64,000 bases of DNA from Rotaria socialis (GCA_905331295.1 CAJNYD010000049.1:1-64000), one strand, 5' to 3'. Shown: positions 25,812-39,876, numbered from the stretch's first letter. The notes: generated by a model from the sequence alone, not told the origin. Numbers and translations: made by a program.

Positions 25812-26816
25812 ATGCACATAACATATTGTGGCCTTTTCCTTGTTATCTGTCTAGGAATGACAGGTGAATGCCTGCGTTTATCGAATTTATATGGACCTAT
25901 TCGTGCTCCTGTAATTCCCCATATTCCTGAAATTCCTCATCTTCCTGAAGTTGTTGATCCTTCTTTCCACGGAAATAACGAGCATAGCAGCAATCATGGT
26001 GGTGACGGTGAAAATGAACATCCTGGCATTGATGAAGGTAAGTAATTTGCTTATTATTGAACCAATTCAGTACATGGCAGCATTAAGCGAACTTTCTCAC
26101 TTTCAAAAATATTTTATTTTAAGAATATGGTACTCTGTAAAAGACAAAAAAGGTTTTATGTAGTCAAATATTTTTCAAGAATACTAAATTACATTTCAGG
26201 TCACCCACATGCATCCCATGAATCTGCCGAGAGCTCATGCAAAGACGATGACGATGACTGTAAAAACAATAAAATTGCAATAATTATCACTGGTGGTGTT
26301 GTTGGATTGATAGCACTAATCTTTTTTACTTACGCATGTAAAAAAAGCCGTCAAAGTCAACGATCAAAGTCAAATGTACCTCCGGTGCAAAGGGCAACTA
26401 ATCCAGCTTTTGGGCTAAATAGATCAAAAATTAATATATTCAAATCTGGTATTTGGGAAAGAAGTAGATATCCTCAAAATGAAATTTGGCATGGACCTCA
26501 CCAACTGACACTTTGGTTTGATCCTGAACTCACGAATGTAGTTGGGTCCGGGACGGATGACATGGGTATATTTTTCGCTATTGGTACTTATTCGAGTGCA
26601 AAGCATGAAGTTACCTTAAGCAAAGGATATCTGGAATGTACTGATCATCGGCTAGAAAATTTGAATTCTAAAATTACTATTCAACTGGCGTGGAATTCAC
26701 AAAACAATCAATTTGAAGGCAAATGATCTGTGCATACAAATGAAGATTGGGGCAAAAACAAATTTGAACTCAAATTTCATGGGCAACACCCACGATATGT
26801 GCATGACAGAGTTTAG
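25812..26816 (+). CDS. Single-pass membrane protein with His/Pro-rich ectodomain; probably truncated by TGA at 26724-26726
   Basis: Exons 25812-26037 and 26200 onward; signal peptide, TM (IAIIITGGVVGLIALIFF), cytoplasmic beta-rich domain (GSGTDDMGIF, IQLAWN); frame continues 29 codons past the TGA to TAG at 26816. Confidence 0.65.
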
Positions 26817-29800
26817 CAGATCATGTCTTTTTCTAAATTACATATTTTTCGATCATTAAAATATTCAATAAAAACGATTATATCCCAAATAAGTCACCTA
26901 GATTCTGGTTTAATATATATCCTGCTAATCAAAACAAAAGAAACGCATGATTCTTTGGATTACTTCTTTGTAGTATTACTATTGGATCTAGTCGTTTTTA
27001 TTGAAGAATATTGATTAAAATCAGAAGATTTAGCCACTTTTTGTACATGGTTGATGATAGAGTAACTCGCGGGTCATTGATATTAGTGAATGCTGAGAGA
27101 TAGATATGACATATGATGAGTAGCATTATTTATCTCTTTTTTCATGTTTTATTGATGATTCTATTGTAGATAAATATTTCTATTTCCACATTTTCACTCA
27201 GTCCACAAAAACACGCAAGGTACTAAATCATTGATTGAACCTGACGTTCACTAGCGAATGCAGTTATGTATAGTGAAAACAAATTTCTTTAAAAAGTGGT
27301 AGCTAAAATTTATCTTTTTCATACTGATTATTCTTTCTTATTGCATTTGTCTTTCATATTTGTGTTAATAAAAAAGAGGAGATAACATCCGAAGTAAGCA
27401 AAAAGGTGGTGAAGGCGAGCTACACGACTAGTCCGAAACATATATCGCAATCATCACAACTAGCTTATAGAATGAAAAAATAATTACAAGAGAACTTTCG
27501 TCTATTGAGGATGTGGTCATGTATTCTCTTTCTCGTAGAGATGAGTCCAGCAAACATAAGTTGTCTGCTTGCTTGCTTGCTCGTGTGTCCGCACTTCGCT
27601 GATCGGTCGAAAAAGAACATAGTAGAGGCGTAATCCCATTGTAGCCACAACTTGGTCTAAGGTAATCTGTGGTTGTGAGTTAGAATCCGGGTCCGTTTTC
27701 CTCGAAATCCTATTGGTCAATCAGGAACAAATGGAAATCGATTTTTTTGTTCAGCAATCTTTTAAGATCAGTCTTGTGTGTATAAGTTAACTCTGACCAT
27801 TATTCATCTCGAAATTCTATCTGTGGCCCATAGATTGGTAGGAGTCTATCTTCTATAGATATGTTTCGTCATGTGGGTTTTGAAAAACGAGCTGGAGCTC
27901 ACGGCAGATTCTATCCACAACAATAATGTTTATTTAGAAACCGGCAGAGCTTGTTTTTTGGACGTAAGCAGACGGGGTCGGAAATAATTTTCGTGTACAA
28001 TTTTCGCAACATATGTCACGAGAAAGGAAGCGTACACTAGATCAGGTGTCAAATACTGTCGTTTCTGTCTCATAAGAGAACGCAAGACTGTAATGTGACA
28101 GTTGTAGTGTTCTGTGAACAGATACTGACTGAGAAAACCTATTTGAAAAGTTTCATGAGAGTTAGTTGAAGAGAATATGTCCTCAGCATCTGAAAACAAG
28201 ATTGAAAGTTATAGTTCTATGGCTAATGATCTGCCCACCACGAAATGTTTATAAAGTCAATAGTAAAAATTCGATAATGATCAAATATATTCCTAGCTTA
28301 CCATGCAAGATGCTGAACGAAATCAATGTGTTGTATCAAGATGAGAAAATGTTCTAGTTTAAATCCAAGCAGAGGAGTAAGAGAGCGACTATTTACAACA
28401 CCAATTTCCATCAAAACAGTGTTTTTTGACTTAGCTGAAAATGAAATGTTAATCTCGATCATAATACGTTTCGTTTTTCTTTTCATAAGATTCCTTTCAG
28501 AGAAAATGAGTGAGAAAGTAAGGCGAAGCTTTCAATGCATAGATATGCTCCACTCAGGATTCATTGCGGTTAGGGTTCGTGCTCACGAAGAGCGACGAAC
28601 ATAATTAAAGATGTATATTCTTCTCTCTGCTTATTCTTAAAGAAAACAAGCGTTTATATATGTATATGCAAACACAAGGAGAAAACAGAAAAGAAGTGAT
28701 AGAAACAAAAAGATAGGAATAGAAATATAGAAAGAATGAGAATAGATAGGATCGAGGCGTATGTATAGAAATACACCCTAACAATTGTACTAAAAAAGCT
28801 AACGCTAAAAAATCAAGTTGATGGACGTCAAAGATTCCACGAAATACTTGAGATTGCTGATGGAACAAAATGCCTGCACTATTTGTATCTTCTTCGTAAT
28901 TAAAAGTATAATTAAAAGATCACTGATTTATGATGCTATGTTTTTATACAAAAGCTAAGCTTCATGAAGCTTTGTGCATAAATGATTTGTTGAGATCCGG
29001 AATGCACTATTCCTACGAGAAAGAGTTGAGCGAATTCACAGACGAGCGTTACTTGTTAAATATGCAGATTTAAAGTTAATTTTATATTTTATATTTTAAA
29101 ATTTATTTAGATGAATATTCATTATCGCTATCAGAAAAATCAAAGTTTCATTAAAGACTATGAATGATGCATCATTTTTCGCTGTCCAAATATCGCGATA
29201 CTCATAAACATGTATTTATTAGTACAATTTGTTGAGGGACGATTAGGTTTTACTCTGGAAAACAAGAAACATTCAAATCCGTCGCCCACATCTACACACT
29301 GTTGACCCCATTAAAATACTTTTGGTTCGAAATTTTCGTTTTGCTGTTCCATAGTAGAACCGGATAATGTCGCACAAAACACCACCACTCATATTCGACG
29401 GTGTATATAGTAGAGTATGTATCACTGACATTTCCGACGTGACCTTCATCAGTAAACAAAATTTATCTTTAACTTTTGTTGTCCTTTTCATATGAATAAT
29501 GTTATTTCAAGAGTATTTATGATTCAGATAAAAAGTAGTCATTGACATTTTATTGACTTGTTTTAACATGCATGCCTATCAATTATATTTGTAATTGAAA
29601 TGAAAACGTACATTTCACCTTTTACGCAGTTTTAACACGAGTACTTTTTAGCCTTTGTAACACAGACGTCATCATTTGAATCATAATCATTGCCACGCAT
29701 ATTTGTTTTTTGGTTTATGCACTATATTTATTCATGACATACAATGATATTTTTTGTGATTTTTGTGGACGCTTAAGAAAAAAAGAGTCAACAGACAAGA

Positions 29801-30304
29801 TTACGATAACAAACAGAGAAAGTATGACAAGGAAGCGAAAACGAAAACGTCAACGAACAGAACAAAAGTCGACTAATCGAGGCAGTGATGACGAAATTGA
29901 CGTGCAGTACTTTTCCTCCTTTGTTTATTCTTCCGATACTGTATATCTTGACACCGAAGACATCGTGCCGGGGGAAGGGATCAAACCTTTTCATGTTTGA
30001 TTAATAATCAGATGCATAGAACCACTACGCCATCCCCGGCTTTACCACACATACATTCTGGCGTTACCTATGTGATGAGTGAAAAATATCTTAGTTCATG
30101 TTGTTTTTTGAAATCGAAAACACCTGTGAGATTTTATATTTATTTTTGAAAAATTTAAAAATACATGCTTTTTGGAACAAAATGTTAGAGAGATCGTGCT
30201 TTATTAGCCGATAGAAAAACAAAGTTAAGTTAAAAAAAAAGGAATAGGCGATAAGAATGGAAAATATAATGATTATGATATGAACGCCTCTTTTTTTCTT
30301 ATAG

Positions 30305-30928
30305 TCAACTGTTTTTTAAACGATTATTTTCCTCGATACAGCGATCAATTTCTTGTCTTAAAATGCGACTTTCTTGTTCGAAACGGCGGTATTCTTGTTC
30401 TAAACGACTGTTTTCTTGTTGTAAACGGCGAAATTCTTGTTTTAGATCACTGTTTTCTTGTTTAAGATTATTTATGTTTTCCTTCATTACATCGTTAGCT
30501 TGTTCTAAAGTGTTTATCTCTTTCTTCAATTGATCATCTTGCTCATTTAAATTACTGTTTTCTTCTTTTAAATTATTTATTTCTTCTTTAAAATCGTGAG
30601 CTTGACCAGTTGATTTGTTAGGGATAGTTGGTTGAGTAGAAACACTTTTATGTAGCTGTTGGTCAAAAATTATTTGTTGCCGTTGTATTTGAAATTGAAG
30701 TGCTTTTAATTGTTGACATAAACTAGAGTTTTGCTGCCTTAGCGCATCAGCTTCGTGAACCAATACTGTTATCCCACAAGAAGCATGCGAATGACGCTAA
30801 AAATAGCATTAATATTATAGATTCAATCGAGTTCATATTGTATAATGCGATATCAAGAAATATTTTCTTACTCGTGGCGAATCATGATGCAACAGATTTT
30901 TTCCTTCGATCGAGCGTTGATCACTCAT
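30305..30928 (-). CDS. Small coiled-coil protein, possibly degenerate
   Basis: Exon 1 MSDQRSIEGK...SPR (30928-30872), GT-AG intron, exon 2 from 30796 with heptad repeats (LKQENSD, LQQENSR, LEQEYRR). Confidence 0.5.
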
Positions 30929-31926
30929 GAAAATGAATCGATTTACAACCACGAAAATATGATCTTCTTTCGAATAGTATTATTCATTAGCATTTATAAA
31001 TTGTAGAACATTAACTTGACCTATTGCTACGATTCGTAATTTTCAGTCCACAAATGAGTATATGTGAGAGTACAAGAAAAATTTACAGGAACATTATGAA
31101 CATTATTTTTAACTCGTGTGTTATATATGAACAGAACGATGTCAAGTAACTTGATAGATGTCGTTGTAGTATGCATTTTACGCAAAGGGTGTGGGTGTTG
31201 TTTTTGTTTTAATCTGATAATAATTTTATTCCTTGTACATGAGCGGTGTGTATGTGTCGGAATGATGGTATTCTCTTTCCTTACATTCATAGTCACAGTA
31301 GCACCCTCAAACAACAAGTTAGCCATGATCACCTTCTTGAACGTGAAGACTATCTATGACACTTTTGTGATTTCTGTAGCGCCATTAATTCGCTACAATG
31401 CATCTGGACTTTTTCAACAGAATTATTCCATTTAGCTCTTAAGTAACAGATTCAACCGTACATTCATTTGTCTGTCAAGCACTTTAATGATTTTCAATTA
31501 TCTCAACACACTAAACAAAGATGCGTTGGCTGTATGTGCCGCGAATTTTGTGTTGCGCTTTCTATTACAAAAATGTATCGTAAATTTTTGTGTCGTATAT
31601 TTTCGCATTCTGTCAGTCGACTAGTCGTTCACCGTTTTGTTATGAACATACAGCGACATATAAGCAACATCGATGAACCCATGGAACATAAGTTCTCGAA
31701 TTCAAATTTTCTTTGGAATCAATTCTTGATTACTTTATAATCAAGGAATTGTCATCCCAATCCATGTTCCGGGAAGGACTACACTGGAAAGTCTGATAGG
31801 AATCGGACCAATTCCAAATCAGCCAGATCTTAGGATCTGATCAGATTGAATTTTCAAAAAATAAAGAGATATATGTAATTAAATTAAAAAAAATATCGAA
31901 ATATGCGTTTCAAAAACAACCAATGA

Positions 31927-32068
31927 AAAAGTGTCGGATGTGTTGTGAAAAATGCGTCGTAGTCTTGCTGGGCAGAATGTGTCGCAACGAGCACCTCATG
32001 TCGTACACGAATGTGTCGTGCTTCGTGTCGTAGTTTACGACACATCCGACACATTTTGACTTAGAGTG
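31927..32068. mobile_element. Short MITE remnant with TGTCG-rich interior
   Basis: AAAAGTGTCGGATGTGTTGTGAA versus TTTACGACACATCCGACACATTTT inverted ends. Confidence 0.5.
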
Positions 32069-32180
32069 AATACAACCTTAAACAACCAAATTGAATTGAT
32101 TGGATGACAGGTACATTCCAATAGGAAAAAAGTTTTCAAATCTTGATTTGATTTTAAATTTCTTTTGAAAATTTATCACC

Positions 32181-32260
32181 AATCGACTTAAGAGATATTA
32201 ATCCACGTGACAAGACTTTTGAGCAATGTCGAAATTGATTGTGGTTGCTTCAATCCGTAC
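32181..32260 (+). repeat. Degenerate copy of the hammerhead-bearing repeat at 80-167
   Basis: AATCGACTTAAGAGATATTAATCCAC..GAC..GTCGAAA..GTGG..GCTTC aligns with 80-150; core mutated to GTGACAA. Confidence 0.7.
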
Positions 32261-32483
32261 CCCAGGTCAATCGCTTCGGATACCGGATACTGTAGGAATC
32301 GGACAAAAAATTTTCGGATTTTTTTTCCCGACGATTTACTGTCGGTTCCTGCCGGCAAGCATTAGAAGTTGACCGGCATTCACCGAAAAAAGATGCAAAA
32401 CTTTCCGGCCGGAATGCCGCTTCCACCTTTTAGCGATTTCCAGTGTTTCCTGACAGTTTCCCGTCGTACCGCCATCACCTGGG
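32261..32483. mobile_element. MITE with CCCAGGT...ACCTGGG termini
   Basis: Short TIR, CCGG-rich interior, inserted just before a CCACACCC motif. Confidence 0.65.
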
Positions 32484-32643
32484 ATCCACACCCTATTTCA
32501 AAGCACAAAACTAAAATCAAAATTAAAAATACAAATACAAACAAAAATAAAACGTTTTTTATATAATTATATATTTTTTTATTTCTTATTCTATTTGTCA
32601 TGTCACCACGTTATTAAATCGCTTATTTATCCATTCTACACTA

Positions 32644-32934
32644 CTAGTCACAACAAGCAAGATGACAACCACATACATGATCAGAACAATTAGCACAAGT
32701 GTTAATAATAGCACTAAGACAACAAAGAACACCAAGACCAAGAAAAACAGCACCAGCAAAAATAGCATTACGAGCATCAGTATTATTATTATTATTACCA
32801 TAAGCAGCACCACCAGCAACAACCATAATAAGACCAACAACAATAAAAATAACAATAATAATTATAACAAGCTTCACGACATGAAGCACCACCCCGGAAC
32901 GGAGAAAATTTCTTCAGACTAGCTTCATCTGCAT
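32644..32934 (-). CDS. Small two-TM protein with Cys-rich C-terminus; in-frame TGA near the start
   Basis: MQMKLV*RNFLRSGVVLHVVKLVIIII...GLGVLCCL...CGCHLACCD; TGA at 32914-32916. Confidence 0.45.
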
Positions 32935-33922
32935 TGCTTGCTGTAACAGTTTCTATTGGTTCTGAATGATAAAGACAATCTTTTGAGTTCTATTCAGTTC
33001 TGATCGTTCTATTTGATTTAGGTTGAACATTGGATGAAATACAATTCAAAAGTGAAAGAGTTGACTGTGATTGGTCACAAACTCTAGATTTTCAATCGGT
33101 TCCAGTCGATTCTTACTCTAGTAAATAGTATTCTCTTCAGTTGCATAGTTGCTAACTTTCATCTCCAATATGAAAAGAAATAGAATTTTAGTAAAAATTA
33201 TTTTGTACTAAAATCCTGAAAGAGACTATATGTGAATTTTTCGACAAGAAACCTGTTATAGAAAAACTTGAAATAATTCATAAGTTCATAGCAATAAATT
33301 AATACGGAATCATTTTGTTTTCGTGGATCTATCTTGACTAGAGTACGAGTCACGGCTGTAACTTGCCCAGTTTGATTCTCTCTTTGGCTGGTTACGCAGG
33401 TAAAAAGTTTGTCTTTCGATAAGCATGCTATGCTTGAAGATTGAAGAAGAATATGCAGAACATTTTAGATCCTACCTTTCATTTCGAGTCTGGTTTCCAT
33501 GTCAATTAAGCTAGAAAGATAAAAGAGACATTTCATAAATATATGTACTTTAGAAATGAAAAATGGGGAACCCAGTCATGTAATGAGGAATAATTATGAT
33601 GCAATGCAATATATGTTTATTGTAGTCACAAATCAGCCTCTGCTGCGTTGTGACCCTAAAAACCTCAAGGCTACCATAACGCGAATGAATTCTAAAACTC
33701 CCATGACACTGCTGCACCGTTCTTCAGTGGTTTTGGAAAACTTCACCGAAAATCTTCGATTTTGCTGTGATAATTATCATAGTTAGATTGTATACATAGA
33801 ATTCATCATAATTCTGCCTATTTGACTCGTAGAAATTCAAAAATGAAGAAACTATTTCATCGATCTTTTGAAACATTGTTCGCATTGGTGTTATGTCGCA
33901 ATGTTTAAAAGAAAAACTACTG

Positions 33923-34062
33923 CACTGTAAAAAAAAATTCGTAGAATACTAAACCCAAAAAGGGTTGATGAAAGTGCAACGTATAATAAACCCTTTTTCC
34001 GTTTTTGAAAATTTTCATCAACCCTTTTTGGGTTTAGTATTCTACGGATTTTTTTTACGGTG
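33923..34062. mobile_element. MITE with CAC...GTG termini and about 50-bp TIRs
   Basis: CACTGTAAAAAAAAATTCGTAGAATACTAAACCCAAAAAGGGTTGATGAAA mirrored at the right end. Confidence 0.85.
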
Positions 34063-35013
34063 TATGGGTGTGGGTGTGGATATAATTTCTATTTTCGCCC
34101 ACACCCACACCATAGGCGGATGTCTTATTGGCAAAATTCCCAAATCCCTTGCCATCGCCTCGACCAATTTACTCATACATCGATGTCCCTCAAAGATTCA
34201 TTCTAACGATTCATCGAGAGCTCGCGTAGTCTCGAAGCTACTTTTAACCTCCTGAAATCTTTCGAGATGTTCCAAGTTCTAGTAAAACTCCATGAGATCT
34301 CATACAATATACTGAAAATCTCAGAAGTCTTTTGTAGTTTTCGAAACTCTGTGGAACATTTGAAATCTTTAACGCTGAAATGTCTTAAAATCTGGAAGCG
34401 CACTATTCTTTACTCTCATTTAGGTTACATATTTTTGCAGGATTTCCTCAGAAACTGGATTAGAACTCAGGAAGGTAGATACAGAGTATATGGGGATGCT
34501 CCATGAGTCTCTTCCCTACACCTACACTCTCAATATCTTCCATATGTTCTATACAACATATATTTCACATACCTACTGTATAGATATACACAGAGTCTGA
34601 ACATCTCAGGTTTTATCTTTTCCAGCATCGGTGCATTTTGTTGGTGTGTTTTAATTCCGTAGTTTTTCTTTGAATTTTTGGAGTAACTGTAGAAGACATC
34701 ATATCCTCGTTTAGGTCGAGTGATAGAATATATTGAAAACTCCGGCAATGATTCTATCACTAAGCCGTGTATTTACTGTCAGGTTTTGTACACTCACCTT
34801 CGTTTAAATTCTTTCCAACTGACTACGTTTCTTGTTGAATAGTAAAATAGAATTTTACTCGCTGTTTGTAAACGTAGAAAATAATGGCAGATTGTTTACT
34901 TCTTTCTTTGAAAAGTAATGAGAATTTTGTTTTTCAAAGAACTGCTCGATAAAAATTCAAACAGGAAAGAAATCTACTAATGGCCTTCGTGAGGATGTGT
35001 GTTTTGAAGCAGA

Positions 35014-35056
35014 CTACGACGGATTTCAATCTTGCTCAAACGGTCTCATCAGGTAG
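35014..35056 (-). ncRNA. Partly degenerate minimal hammerhead ribozyme
   Basis: Minus strand CTAC-CTGATGA-GACCGTTTGAGCAAGATT-GAAA-TCCG-TC-GTAG; core and stem I intact, stems II and III damaged; followed by AAACACACATCCTCACG, like the tail at 394-414. Confidence 0.6.
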
Positions 35057-35465
35057 CTGAGAATGGAGGCCTTTTTCGGGGAATCATATATTATATTTAT
35101 GAGTAAATGTCAAGAAATCACCTCCGTACAAAAGAAAAAGAAAGAAGACATTGACGGTTGCATAACTATGTGAATGCCACTGAAGAGTGGGTGTGGGTGA
35201 GGGTGTCGGTGTTAAGTTTTCGTTTAGCTGTAAGCATCATCCTCACCCAAACTCTGCATTTTATTTTAAATATTATTTTATTATAGGGCAAATTCATTTT
35301 AGACACAAAGTCGATTGCTGCAAAGGAAATGTTGAGACTAGCAAATTGATTTGTATGAAAATGATATAAGTCAATTTGTTTTTAATTGATCCTTTGAGAA
35401 TAAGCCTCATTAGTCATATTTCTCTCCATAAACATGCGCACACACTCTTGGATTACATTCAACTA

Positions 35466-35747
35466 TTATTGATCGATGAAGCGGCAGATAAAATGACTAG
35501 TTCTGCGTGAACAGGCGAACTGCACCCTTGGCGCAGGGTTCGGAACACTGTTTACAGCATTCTTCGCCGCATTTACAACAGTCTTTAACGTAACTCCAGC
35601 ACCCAACATTTTGCAGCAGGAATACACTCCCCAGAGTTCAAACATGAAGACAATCGCTACAGTCACAGTAAGAATTATGCTAGTGGTATCAGGCGAAGTG
35701 GTGTTCACAGCGCTAGCATTCGTAGTGGCCATAGTATTTGATGACAT
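35466..35747 (-). CDS. Small single-TM protein
   Basis: MSSNTMATTNASAVNTTS (S/T-rich, N-glycosylation sequons), TM IILTVTVAIVFMFELWGVY, then CC. Confidence 0.5.
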   Translation of the reverse strand: MSSNTMATTNASAVNTTSPDTTSIILTVTVAIVFMFELWGVYSCCKMLGAGVTLKTVVNAAKNAVNSVPNPAPRVQFACSRRTSHFICRFIDQ

Positions 35748-37167
35748 GATGATGAGTATATTGAGAAGGTAAGTTTTCAATCAAAATGATTACTGTTGCT
35801 TGATACACTTTAATATAATTTGCTGTTGAGTGTAGCCGGTCGTAAATTTTTCTGTAATTAATAGCTCAGGTCGAAGAATGCGGCATTCGGATGTGGTCAG
35901 AATCAGACTGAATTTCATCGAACATCATTGAATTCATGACCAGATTTCGCTGAAATCCTCGATTCGGGCATGATTCGACATCGGAAGATAATATATAAAA
36001 ATGCAAAAACTCGCGGGGAGCAGTACCGGACCAACCGACACCGATCGTATGACCAGTTTCACCTTACCTCTGACTGCTTTAAACCCTGTACTAACTCCCA
36101 CCTTACCCTACACGACAGTCTATTTACTGTTCTAGTGTATACTTTGCACTACCCAATACCCTCGGCTGTCACTTATATTAAATTTGAGGTGCCTATAGCA
36201 TATTCTTCGAGAGATATTAATGTCCCGATTGTCGCTTCACACGTTTGCCAGGATAATAGTCGAAAAATCAATGTTGATAGTCGTGCGTGAAATTTTAGTG
36301 GAAGTAAGACCGATATATGATCTTAAGATGTCGATATGAAAGATCTTGGCTTGTTTTTCTTTTCCAGATGAAGTGGGCGTCAGACTGGAAAAGCAAAAAG
36401 AAAAAATAATGGGAAATGTCAACAACTGACAACATTATATATTTTAGAGGTTCATTTTGAAGACCAAGTTCCGTAACAAACAATACTCAGCTCGGTAAGT
36501 TTTATTAGACTGCACCTGAAACTTTATTTTTGTACACTAAACAGTTGATGCACTGGTTTGTGAACTTAGATGCTCGCCGCTCTTTGACCTACGTCTGTCG
36601 ACATCGAGTTTTCAACAGTAACCCGACCAAGCACCGAAAATACCTGTGAAGCAAAACTCGGGACGTTCATTTCGCTCGAAGGATATCGTATAGGGGTCAG
36701 AGCCTGAATCGAACGGAACCAAACCGAACTTAAGCGGTTCGATTTCAATTATAGACCTATGCAAATGCTGGACACCAGAGATGGACAGCTCCGACATTTT
36801 CGCGCTCCACCTCCGGTCCAGCTCCAGCGGCAATTGAGTCACTCATTCCGACTCCGCTCCAAATCGACTGTTACTCTCATTCAGCAAACGTAATTTTTTA
36901 TTTCATTGAAAGAATACTGTTCTTAGGTTCTCTTTTCGACTGATTTTCATATGAATCACGATGCTAATTATTGTCATCATATATGTCGAAACAATTTATT
37001 GAAGCACTACGAATAATGGATTGAATAAGTTACCACGAATCTCAGCTACAGTCAGATCACAAAAGCAAACAAAAGAGTAGTCAAGTTAGGGGAAATGTCG
37101 GTTGGAATAGTGATGAAATAGTGATTGCTTCGTGATGTGACACTATTTTGAGGGTGTCAATGTAGAG

Positions 37168-37563
37168 TAGAGCCGGTCGGATCCAAAATTTTCAGACCCG
37201 AACCCGGACCCGGATCCAATTTACTAGGTAGTTTCCTGCCCCGGATCCGGTTCATTAAAGCTTAGTTAGACCCAGAACCGGATCCGGACCCGATTAAATA
37301 ATCTTTTTCGAAATCGGAATCTACCTGCATTGTCAAAGTCAGATCTTGTATTCAACAATAAAGTTTTATTGTTTGTTTCTTCTATTTTTTTTACATTCTT
37401 TTATGATTACTTTTTGAATAAAATGAACGAGAACTAAAAGTATACTAGAAAAATTATATTATACTTATAAAATGATTCTTTGGATCCAGACTCGGACCAG
37501 GTGAAAAATAAAATCTGAAACCCGGACCCGAACCCACACCCGGGCCCTACCCAACGGGTTCTA
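37168..37563. mobile_element. hAT-type non-autonomous element
   Basis: TAGAGCCGGTCGG / CCAACGGGTTCTA imperfect TIRs; 8-bp TSD ATGTAGAG / GTGTAGAG; subterminal ACCCG(A/G) repeats. Confidence 0.8.
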
Positions 37564-37974
37564 GTGTAGAGGTTGACAAGACGATGATCCATACGTACAA
37601 TGAGGCTGACACCCACACCCACACCCACCACTGATGTAGGTGTGGGCATGCAGAATAAATTAGGATTAATAGCCACACCCTCAGATGAATGTTTAGTGTT
37701 TGACTATATAATTTGAGTTATAATAGACCGACTGTGTTGCGTTTGTGAGTGACTCTACAATATATTATTTCTTCAAGACTGATTGAAATACTTAGATATG
37801 TTTTGTCATGCATTTAGTATTCAAGAAGCATTAAGCAAAAACTGGAAAAAAATAAAGGAACTAGTTTTGTCATCCATTAACGAAACATTTCCACTTAATT
37901 TTACTTTGTATTATGCTCGATATAGTACATTTATGACAGTTACTAATGAGCATACATATAAAGCTCGTCAAAAC

Positions 37975-39876
37975 TCACAACCGGACGTGGATTAAGCTGG
38001 GTGATGTTTTGATTTCCTTAATGTCACTGATGCTAATAGGATTCAACGGTAATTCATTAGAATTTGCCGTAGTTCTTTTTGGACCGACAAACCAATGTCG
38101 AGCTGAAAAAATCCAATACATTGCTGCAAGTAGAAATATTCCACCAACGATAACCACAGCATAATTCATATTATCTTTCGTAACTGGATATTCGGACGGA
38201 AAAAGCATGATTATTGATGTGATAAAAAGCCAAGTGGCTGAGATTATAGCAATAGGTACCCCGAATCGACCTAAGTTGAATTCACCAATGGGGAAATTGC
38301 GGCGGGCAGTGGTACATCGAAATAGAATAGGCATGAAATAGGATATTTGATATCCGAGTGTGGCTATAGAAAGAATGGCACTGAAAGCAGTCTTCGATGC
38401 TAATTGAAGTAGGAGAAGAAGCGAGTTGATAAAGAACACGAATATTACATTCCCCAATGGAGTTTTTGTCGGTTCAAATATCCAACGTAGATAGATTGAT
38501 AGTGGAAAAACACCATCACGAGCCATAGCAAAACTAGAATGAAAAAGACATCGATGACTTGCAAGAAAATTAAATATTTACATGATTCATTCATACCCGA
38601 TCCGACTAGTCACTGTCAATGATGACATCCCGGCAAAATACAAGTTAATAATGAGTAAAATTGTCAGAGCAAGTGCCCCTCCGTAAGGTACAGCAGCTCG
38701 ATAAGCATCAGTGGTGGAACTTTGAGTTGAATCAGCCCCATCACTAATCATAATAAAATTGTTCATATCCGGAATAGAAAACAGTAGAGCAAGAAGATAA
38801 ACGAAACCAGTAATAGCGCTGCATATACAAGTGCCCACGATTCCTTTGGGAGCTTGAAAACGAAAAGAGTCGAATGGTATTTTAAGAATTTTTCGAAAAG
38901 TTCACTGTCTTCTAAATATTTTCTTACCTGCTCGACTTGCACCTCTAGTTTCTTCAGCCAAATGAGCACCAGCTTAAAAATTTAGAGATTACTAACACAA
39001 ATTCTAATACTTAATCATTACCTTCATAACCAGAGAATGAAAAAAGTGTCGACAAGATACTAATGACGCATACATATGGGAATGAGAACCCAGTACCATT
39101 GTATGTTGATGCAAAAACATCATAAGCTGTAGCTCTCTTAGGTGCCATAGAAAAAAGCACTACAACAATGGTGATTGCTGACCCGAGTTGAAAAAATACA
39201 GCAATATTGTTCAACCAGCCTTGTTGATCAATACGTAATGCATTTTGAGCAGCCCATACAAAACATATTCCTATTCCAATACCTACTTGAGCACCTGTAT
39301 TCAATGAATTGTTACCACCCATAATAACCGCTGCATTCACAATTGTAGCAAACCCAGACGCAAATGCAACGTCTCCTTTAATATTTTAAAAATAACCAGT
39401 TGCTTAAATTTGTTGGTCTTCCTTGCCTACCTGCAAAATTCCCCACAAAATTGAACCAACCACAAATAAACGAAGCCAATGGTGCATGGTCAACGGGAAC
39501 TAGCTGACCTGCCCTAAAAAAAAGAAGAAATACATTCCTATCATTATCTATCTGACTTATAGCTCTTAGACACATACCAGTGGTATACAGATCCAGCACT
39601 AGGATACACTGAACATATTTCAGCCAAAGAAAGTCCGATGAGAATGGTAAATAGAGATCCAAGAACCCATGCCCAAATAGTCACACCTGAACCACCAGTG
39701 GTGAGTGAATATGTGAAACCGATTGATATAGATGTGAGAACATTTACAGCAGTAAAACAGAACGCAAATGACATAAATGGAGAAAAGCCACGGTATAGTT
39801 CTTGTTTATAACCCATCTCTTCAAGAAGACGTATATCAGGATCTTCTACTACCTGCGCTGTGTTTTCTATCGTCAT
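37975..39876 (-). CDS. APC-superfamily amino acid/GABA/polyamine permease (BAT1/UGA4-like)
   Basis: Multi-exon; LEEMGYKQELYRGFS, LAEICSVYPSAGSVYHW, FSFSGYE|AGAHLAEET, TVTSRI, MARDG, FNLGRFG, NMNYA, ARHWFVGP. Confidence 0.9.

Noticed and set aside
11715..26726. TGA=Trp recoding
   Set aside because: TGG is used normally and the same regions have other lesions; G-to-A decay is sufficient
29420..29455. Possible minus-strand hammerhead (CTGATGA...GAAATGTC)
   Set aside because: Stems I and II do not pair
32598..32922. Leu/Val-rich and Thr/Asn-rich overlapping ORFs
   Set aside because: Alternative frames of the low-complexity small membrane-protein gene
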